Below, one piece after another: positions 55,670-64,000 of a stretch of 64,000 nt of DNA (the stretch's first letter is position 1; every line of letters begins with the position of its first letter). A program made the translations under genes and the position numbers. A model generated the notes under the pieces. It saw nothing but the letters and a program-made list of their open reading frames with translations, searched no databases and was not told the DNA's origin. Source of the stretch: Octopus vulgaris (taxonomy: Eukaryota); contig OX597832.1 of NCBI GenBank assembly GCA_951406725.2, forward strand, positions 35,092,001-35,156,000, in the 5' to 3' direction.

Positions 55670-55818
55670 ATTGGCGTTAGGAAGGGCATCCAGCTGTAGA
55701 AACACTGCCAGATCTGACTGGCCTGGTGCAGCCTTCGGGCTTGCCAGACCCCAGTTGAACCGTCCAACCCATGCTAGCATGGAAAGCGGACGTTGAACGA
55801 TGATGATGATGATGATGA
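55670..55818 (+). mobile_element. RTE terminal 150-bp fragment (duplicate 2)
   Basis: Nearly identical to 54249-54400, with the same 5' breakpoint. Confidence 0.85.
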
Positions 55819-55885
55819 TATATATGTATATATGTATAATATATGTATATATATATATGAATATATATATATATGTATAATATAC

Positions 55886-55923
<38 letters not shown>

Positions 55924-56043
55924 GTATATATATATATGAATATATATATATGTATATATATATATGAATATATATATATGTATAATATATATGTATAATA
56001 TATATATATGTATATATATATGTATAATATGTATGTATATATG

Positions 56044-56079
<36 letters not shown>

Positions 56080-56153
56080 TCAAGCATCAGAGTATTTTTG
56101 AGTTACTCCAAACAGTTTAACACAAAAACAAAAGTTCAAGAGTTTGTAAAGAT

Positions 56154-56159
56154 TTTATT
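56154..56159 (-). promoter_or_regulatory. Putative poly(A) signal of SNIP1
   Basis: AATAAA on the minus strand ~42 nt after the stop; a second AATAAA overlaps the stop codon. Confidence 0.5.
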
Positions 56160-56200
56160 TCTATCAGTTTACAGCGGTCAAATGGTTCACAGATATTTAT

Positions 56201-57013
56201 TTAATCACTAACCTCATCTCGGTCCATAGATTCAACTTCTAAAGTATTTGATTCTTCATGTAACAAAATATATTCTCGAGAACTGTATCCAAATTTTATA
56301 AGATCTTTTTCAAAAAGTTCCACATAACATTGTGGCTTAATCTTTTTACAGTTTATATATGTCCCATTTGAAGAATTTAAATCCATCAAATATGGTCTCA
56401 CTCTAAATCCAATTGTTCCATTAATGCGTTTAAACTGCACCTTTCGAAATTGTAATATTGCATGTTGTTTAGAACATGAAGGATGTCCAACTGGGATGTC
56501 AGCAACCAAACGTTCCCGACCAATTAAATATGCACTTTGTCTATGAATTGGTAACATAGGTAATTCTTCTGAGCCTTTAAAAGGGTAGAGACGCCAACGT
56601 CTTTTAGGTTTGCGGGCTTCTGCAGGTTCATTGTACTTGATGACTATTCCATTGTATGTGTTACTATGTTCAGTTAGCTTACCAGACAACTCCATGCTAG
56701 CATCAGCTTTTGATACTTCTGTTGTAGCAGTAGATTTGGGATTGTTTGTATTACTTTTTAAAGCATCCTTTGCATTTTTTCTTTTGTAGTCTTTTTCCCT
56801 TTTTCTATCTTCATACATTCTATTGTGATTTAATTGTTCATGTGTATTTCTGTTTGATTTATGATGATGATGATGATGATGCATATTTGGTGATTTACTT
56901 TGATTATGACTTTTTGGTCTTGGTTCTTTTTTAATGGATATTGCAGTTTCTTTAGATTCCCATCGACTTACTTTTGGTTTCATCAGATTATCCTTTCCAC
57001 TCGAATATTTTGG
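56201..57013 (-). CDS. SNIP1: Smad nuclear-interacting protein 1 (RES complex, FHA domain), terminal exon
   Basis: TTTGCAG acceptor, phase 0. Encodes ELSGKLTE..NTYNGIVIKYNEPAEARKPKRRWRLYPFKG...IHRQSAYLIGRER..ADIP..HPSCSKQHA...IKFGYSSREYILLHE. Confidence 0.95.
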   Translation of the reverse strand, partial: PKYSSGKDNLMKPKVSRWESKETAISIKKEPRPKSHNQSKSPNMHHHHHHHKSNRNTHEQLNHNRMYEDRKREKDYKRKNAKDALKSNTNNPKSTATTEVSKADASMELSGKLTEHSNTYNGIVIKYNEPAEARKPKRRWRLYPFKGSEELPMLPIHRQSAYLIGRERLVADIPVGHPSCSKQHAILQFRKVQFKRINGTIGFRVRPYLMDLNSSNGTYINCKKIKPQCYVELFEKDLIKFGYSSREYILLHEESNTLEVESMDRDEVSD

Positions 57014-57989
57014 CTGCAAATTTAAAAAGATGTACTATTTATTTACAAATATTATTAAAAATATCACAAATTCAATTTTAGCACTGTTAACATTATGAGC
57101 TGATTTAATATAAAAACTCAAACTATCATTAAAAAAATTGCAAGTATGGTTAATATTATGGTTATTATTATAAATTAAATTGTCAACAGAATATAGTTTC
57201 AGCTTTTGTTCAATTATTAATAAATGCATTAAATATTTAGAATTACTATCTCCATTTGTTGAATTAGACAGTGCTCTTTTCATCACTTAACTGGAATGCC
57301 AAATATTAATTCTCTGAAAGAATACAGAAAATGGGACTTTTTTTGAGTTCTGGACTTTACTGAATTATTATATAAATATTAGGGAACAAGAAATTACTTT
57401 AGTAGGCATTTCAACTAAAAATATAAAATGCCCAATTGAATATTAGCTGATGACACATTTTCTATGGTGAGGTTTAAACAGAATTTAAATATTTTTATAT
57501 TTTGCTTTATTTGCCTGTAATAAGAGTCACGCTGAGACAAAAGTTATGCAATAGTACTGATTAAGAACAAGGAGTGTGTGTTTTAGTTAGAAATATGGTA
57601 ATGAAAAAGTTAAGGCTATTGTGGAAGGCTTGGTTGGAGGTCCAACCTTTCTGAGTTCTTTTATAGGGGCTTAGAAAGACTGAAGGATTGCTGCAATAAG
57701 TGTGTTAATCTGAGAGGGAGATATGCTGAATAAAATCGTAATTGATCCTCCAGTATTTTCTTTTACCCAATGCCAAGAACTTTTCAACACCTCCTCATAG
57801 TTGTAAAAACCATATCATAGACAAAAGAGTGAATGAATGAAAGAAGAATAGAATGTCATAAGCTAAGTAAAAATTGATATAATGCAAAGAAAGACACTTT
57901 AGTTCTGCTGCAACAATCTCTTTAGTGTGGTTAGTATGATATAATGCCCCCAGTCAGTACTGTAAAATGTGTGGCAAATAGATGTGTAT

Positions 57990-58215
57990 TCATCACCATC
58001 ATTTAGCATTTGTTTTCCATACTAGCATGGGTTAGATGGTTTCACTGGGACTGGAAAGCTGTACCAGGCTCCAGTCTGATTTGGCTTTGTTTTTATGGCT
58101 GGATGCCCTTCCTAACACCAACCACTCCACAGAGTGTACAGGGTACCTTTAACATGTCACCAGCACGGGTGCCTTTTATGTGTCACCAGCACTGCCTACA
58201 ACTACAATTTCACTG
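57990..58215 (-). mobile_element. Degenerate RTE 3'-end-derived element (a second remnant lies at ~58425-58560)
   Basis: GCTGGATGCCCTTCCTAA and CCATACTAGCATGG on +, with (CAT)n. Confidence 0.7.
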
Positions 58216-58596
58216 AGCTTGATGTATTTTCTCACGAGGAGCAAATTGCCAACAATCTAAGTCATGAGGCTCAACGTCCGAAGCTCAGATTTTGAAATCA
58301 TGACTAAGGGCTTTTCTCTGTTACTGTGTGTATTTGATAACAAAGACCAATACAGTAAATACCAGTAAATACTCTTTCTCAAGTAAAATTGTTATTAAAG
58401 CTTTTTCATGATTTATCCTACTCCTCATCAACATCTAATGTCTGTTTATCATGTTGGCATTGACTGGATGGTTTGACAGGATTCGGCAAGCAACAGGGCT
58501 GGACGAGCTCAACTGCCAACTTTAGCAGGTTTCTAGAGCTGGATGCCCTTCCTAATGCCTAATTAATTGCCATAAATAAGAAATATCAATACTCAC

Positions 58597-58812
58597 CGAT
58601 TTAGGCTCTATTTTAACATTTTTGTTCATATATTCTGAATCGCTGCAAAAATCACTGCATGAACTGTTTTCCCTTGAATCTTCACTCTTGATGACAATGC
58701 ATCCAGTTTTGCTTTGATGTTTCTTCAAAGAGGAATTAGAACGTCTCTTTTCACTAGCAGATCTTTTCTTTAATGAAGAATCCTTCTCCTCTAAACAAGT
58801 TTCATCAAAATT
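58597..58812 (-). CDS. SNIP1: SNIP1 upstream exon (K/S/R-rich N-terminal region)
   Basis: TTTCAG acceptor, GTGAGT donor, 216 bp open in phase 0/0 (NFDETCLEEKDSSLKKRSASEKRRS...KNVKIEPKS). Joins in frame to PKYSS. Start exon not identified. Confidence 0.8.
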
Positions 58813-59026
58813 CTGAAATATAAATCATTGCAAATATTCTTAATATTTTCTACATTACAGTAATTCTTGGGAATAAAATAAATAAAAAAATTTTTTACTG
58901 ATATCCAAAATTTATCTTCCCTGAAGCTAGAACAATAGAACAAATAAGCAAACCAGTACAAGAAGGCAAGATACAGATGTGACAAAGAATACTGAAGAAA
59001 GAACTTTGGCAAAAATTACGAAAATA

Positions 59027-60252
59027 CAAGGTGTTACTAAAAAGTTCCCAGACTAGTTCTGTAGCATGCCAACAGATAGCAGCACATGGTTGTGTGAGCA
59101 GTAACAGCTAGCAGTGACCTTCATGAAGCAGTGTGTCAAGTGACATCATTGTGTTGACTTCACAAGTTGTGAAATTTGTGTTTTTGTGTTTACATGTATG
59201 CTGTAGTCTGCAAGTTTGTCAAGGACAGGAAATTTTGCATTAAACTTGGATGTCTGCTAGAGAGACAATGAACATGCTTTGGCAAGCTTATGGTGATGAG
59301 GCAATGGGTTGTACACAATGTTTCAAGATACCCAGGGGCTTCAAAAGCAGAAGAACATCCTTGGAAGACGGTGTGTGAACTGGAAGACCTGCCACAAGTG
59401 TCACCCTTGGAAATGTGGAGAAAATTCATCAACTTGTGCATTAGGATCATCAGCAGACAATCAGTGGCATTACTGATGTTGCTGGTCTGTCAAATGGGTC
59501 CAAGCAGGCAATCCTAAAGTCTGACTTGAACATGTGACATGTCTCTGTCCCCCACCTGCTGACCACTGAGCAGAAAGAACATCATGCTGAAGTCTTTCGG
59601 GATCTCGGTCAGCATGTCTCTGCTGAGCCATCTTTCATGTTGAGGATCATCACCGGTGATAAGAGTTGTCTACAGGTACAACCCTGAGATGAAGCAGCAG
59701 CTGCCGCAATGGAAGAGCCATTCATCTCCATGACTGATGAAGGCATGATGGAGCTGCAGCTCAATCAAGACCATGCTCATCGTTTTCCGACATCCATGGT
59801 ATTGTGCATTGAGAATATATTCCCCCAGGGCCAGGCTGTCAACTCTGAGTTCCACTGCAATATTTTGAAGTGTTTGCAGGAGGACATTCAGCACAAGCGA
59901 CTGGGTCTGTGAAGTGCAAACGATTGGATTCTTCACGACAACAATACACTCTGTCAACGAGCTCTCTTCACTTGTGAGCTTCTTGCCAAAAACTAGCATC
60001 TGCAGACTTCCATCTCTTCCTTAAGATGAAAATGCAGCTGAAAGGTAGCTGTTTTAACACTGTTGTCGAGATCCAGAGTGAATTGCAAAAGGTCCTCAGC
60101 TGCTTACAGAAAACGATTCCAAAAGAGGTAAGAATGCTGGCACTGGTGCATTGCTGTGCAAGCTGACTATTTCAAAGGAGATGATGTTAAAACTTTGATA
60201 AATAAGTTATTTCTATTAAACATAACCAGTCCAGGAACTTTTCGATACCTGG
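59027..60252 (+). mobile_element. Full-length degenerate mariner transposon
   Basis: TA on both flanks. TIR core AAAAGTTCC(C/T)(A/G)GACT(A/G)G at both ends. Transposase remnants RIITGDK and WILHDNN. Confidence 0.85.
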
Positions 60253-61069
60253 TAAATGAATTCTTACTAGATGTAAAAAAGGGACATTTTTATGCTTATA
60301 AAGAGCACAGACCACACTCATAAAACTCTCACAAATGTCTACTTATTAAACTCTGGTTCACAAAAACCTGAAGTTAGGCATTTTAAACAGAAAGAATTTG
60401 AGAGCCACTCACCATTTTTCTACTTGAAGTCTCATGAAGCCTCAACCACTGAAGAACTGTTACTACCTCATAATTTGAGATGTTGAGATCTAAAACTGCC
60501 CCAGGTAACGATGGTTATCTCATAGAAGATTAACAGACATAGCCTTGGAGTGTTCAGAATGTTGATGAATTCATCCCAGCAAGCATGGGAAGACATTACA
60601 ATACAGGACTATTTGGCAGAGGATAATGAGTTTAGGACAAGAAAGATACTAAGGTACCTAGTACTGGATGTGCTCACAGACACTTCAGTTCAGTAAACCA
60701 GGAACCTGATACACTAAGATTGCTTTGAACATGCTCAGATTGGTGATCCATTCAGCATACTGAGAAAAGGAAGAACATAGAAATACTTACAGTTTTGAAA
60801 TGCTAAACATTATTATTGCAGTTCCTTCATTTGAATCTTAAATATTAAAGACTTTATTCATACATTTCTATACATACATACTTTTTTGAATCCCCATTAC
60901 TCCGATAATTCTGCATTTTTACAGTTACACTTTTTCCATGACCCTAGATAAATTTTTTATTCCACAACACATTTGTAATAGCTTCATGCAGGCATAGCGT
61001 GGATTCAAACCTCGATTGCCAAATTTCACTCAACACTTCAACAGCGCTTTTCTTACAGTAAAACAATAG

Positions 61070-61354
61070 ATTTTCTCTGAATGACAGCAGTTATATATTC
61101 CCCAGATGCCTTCACTTAGCAGAATAGTTGCCTATCGCCAACCTCCGACAATCTCTCTCAGCAACCACCGAAAACCTCACTCACCAACCTCTAACAATCT
61201 CCCCCCAACTCCAGCCGACAGTTTTTTGTACTTTTTCATGACGGAAAATACACCTTTTGGGGCAGTTATAATGAAATTGCTTTCTTATATCAGAGTAATA
61301 AGGTGTTTCAATATAACATATTTACCCCCGGGAATTACTAGGTACACCAGCTAG
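61070..61354 (+). mobile_element. Possible non-autonomous Helitron 3' end
   Basis: CCCGGG...CTAG|T terminus resembling 42457-42474. 5' boundary uncertain. Confidence 0.4.
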
Positions 61355-61483
61355 TATGCATATATATATGTACATATATATACACACATATATACATATA
61401 TATATATACATATACATATATATCTACATATATACATATATATCTACATATATACATATACATATATACATATACATATATAC

Positions 61484-61520
<37 letters not shown>

Positions 61521-61719
61521 TATATACATATATACATATACATATATATATATACATATATACATATACATGCATATACATATATATACATATATATATA
61601 CATATATACATATATATATACATATATATATACATATATATATACATATATATACATATATATATATACATATATATATTTATATAAATTATATATATAT
61701 ATATATACATATATATATT

Positions 61720-64000
61720 TATTAAATTAGAGACAAAACCACTATTATGCAAATCAAACAAAGAAAGACTTAAGCCAATACATAAAATAATTTATATAAA
61801 TTTAAAAATTATAATTTATAATTGTTAAATTTCTAAAAGTCTTTCTTTGTTTGATTTGCATAATAGTGGTTTTGTCTCTAATTTAATATAATATAATATT
61901 TTACTATAAAATTGGATTCAATCCTAAATCTGATTTTTTCCCTGTAATTTTGGATTTATTCCCTAATATTTATTATTATATATATATATATACATGTGCA
62001 TATATATATGTATATACATATCTGTATGTAAGTAAATATATATGTATATACATATCTGTAATGTATGTAAATATATATGTACATATATATACATACACAC
62101 ACACACACATATATACATACATATATATACATGTCGGTTATGGACCTATCAGGTAGGATAGAACCAATAGACTGGAACTCAACATTGAAGGATATACCTA
62201 TTCCCAGTAAGAGAGAATACACAATAAATTTAATAGATCAGATTAAGAATTTTTTAAAGAGAATAAAATGGAAGGCCTACTTCCATGATAACAATAATTA
62301 TAAAACCAGGAATTTAGAAGATAAAAATTACTTTAAAACTAGGCAGAAAACCCAAAATAATAGGGCTTCACGGGATTTTGAGGATAAAATATGGAACATG
62401 GTTAAAAATATCAAATTCAAAAAATACCCTAATGGACATAATGAGCACCTAAGAAACTTAGCTAATAAAATAAATAAACTGAAGAACATGGAGGGAATAA
62501 TAGTCCAATCCGATAAAACAAGGAACCTATATAGACTAGATATACAGCTATATGATAACATTCTAGAAAAAGAAATAACAAAAAAATACAAAATAGTGAA
62601 AGTTTATTAAATAAGATTAGAAATATATCTAAAAAAATCACGACGAAATATGATTTAGAAAATAGAACTGAACCCTATGTTCCTATGCATCCCAGAATAA
62701 CCATTAAGGACCATAAAAACAATTTTTATTCAAAGCCACAAGGAAGACTGATATGCCCATGTAAATCTGATATAGGAAAACTCATTAAACTTATATTAGA
62801 TAAATATATAGATAAACTTAATATGTTAAATAACCTTAAACTCTGGAGTTGTATCCAAAATATTAAAGATAAAAGTAGGTGCAAGTCCATCCAAATAGAT
62901 ATAGAAAATTACCATTCATCTATTAACAAGATTATTTTTAATAAGACCCTTATATATGCTATGAGAAAGGTTAAGATGACATACGATGAAGTTAATGTAG
63001 TACCAATGGCGAGGAAATCCCTAATTAGGTATAAAAATAAACTATGGGCTAGGAAGGACCCAAGAGATTGCTTTGATATACTCATGGGTGCCCCAGACTC
63101 TGCACAAATAACAGATATAGTAGAAAAATATCTATAAACTGAACTTGGGTTAGAACATCTTAACATAGGAGGTCTTATTAGGGCTGACCTACTCTTTATA
63201 ACTAAAACCTGCACTAATAGATCATTAGAAAATATAAAGAAAAACCTAAATAAAATTATGGTTTAGATATAGTTATAGAGAAAGAGCATTCTGTGGTTAA
63301 CTACATAGATGCAAACCTAAACTTAGTAACTAATTAAACCCAATCATTCCATAAATTAAACAAGAACCTTAAGTACATTAATGCCCATAGCAACCATTGT
63401 AGCTCAGTCAAAAAAGCACTAATAGAAAATATAGGTAAAAGAATTTTTATGTTATCCTTGGATATAGATACTTTCAATAAACATGCCACTTACTATAATA
63501 GTGCATTAAAAGAAGCAGGATATAATACGAAAATTAACCCAATAATAATACTAGTAATCATCCTAACACTCAAACCAACTATAGAAGTAATAGCAAAGCT
63601 AATAAACAATATAAGGAAATAAATAATTATAATAATAGTAATATTAATTATAATAATAAACATAAGGAAATTATATAGTTAATCATCCCTTATGGGGTCC
63701 AAATCAAAACTAAATTAAAGAAATTCTGAACATAATAAAAACATCCTTTAAAAAGAACAAAACGTACTCAAAAATATTCTCAAACAAAACTGTCAGAGTG
63801 GGCTATTCTACAAGAAATGTTAGTAATATTGTATCCTCAATAAACAATGTCAAATTAAACAAATTCTATAATAAAAATTTAACTAATATTAACAATAGCT
63901 ATGGAAGAAATATAACAAACAAAAAACATAACCATATTTTAGATAAATGCACATGTAAAGAAAAATCCAAATGTAGGCTTAATAATAATTGCAACATAGA
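61720..64000 (+). mobile_element. Degenerate Penelope-like element (Naiad-like), running off the window end
   Basis: KDIPIPSKREY...KRIKWKAYF, QSDKTRNLY, PRITIKDHK..PQGRLICPCKSDIGK, IDIENYHSSI, MGAPDSAQITD, VNYIDANL and terminal CTCKEKSKC...C. Stops and frameshifts present; 52-bp inverted repeat upstream. Confidence 0.82.

Overview
AT-rich, repeat-dense animal genomic DNA. The SINE/LINE repertoire and microsatellite load suggest an octopus (inference). Two host genes lie tail-to-tail. On + are the last 13 coding exons of an axonemal dynein heavy chain, DNAH1-like (244..39524). On - are two exons of the FHA-domain splicing factor SNIP1 (56201..58812). The introns and the ~16.6 kb intergenic gap hold RTE, CR1-group, R4/Dong-like, HERO-like and Penelope-like retroelements, tRNA-derived SINEs, Tc1/mariner copies, a Helitron, a piggyBac-like MITE and a ~15 kb (TA)n/(TATG)n array. 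The most interesting signals are RNA-structural. (1) RTE 3' ends carry a tandemly repeated module of a compact H-type pseudoknot plus a fixed-stem, variable-loop hairpin. (2) A SINE-like element contains a minimal hammerhead ribozyme. (3) A SINE and two CR1-group LINEs share a 3' motif whose hairpin varies in sequence but keeps pairing. All structures are read by eye and untested.
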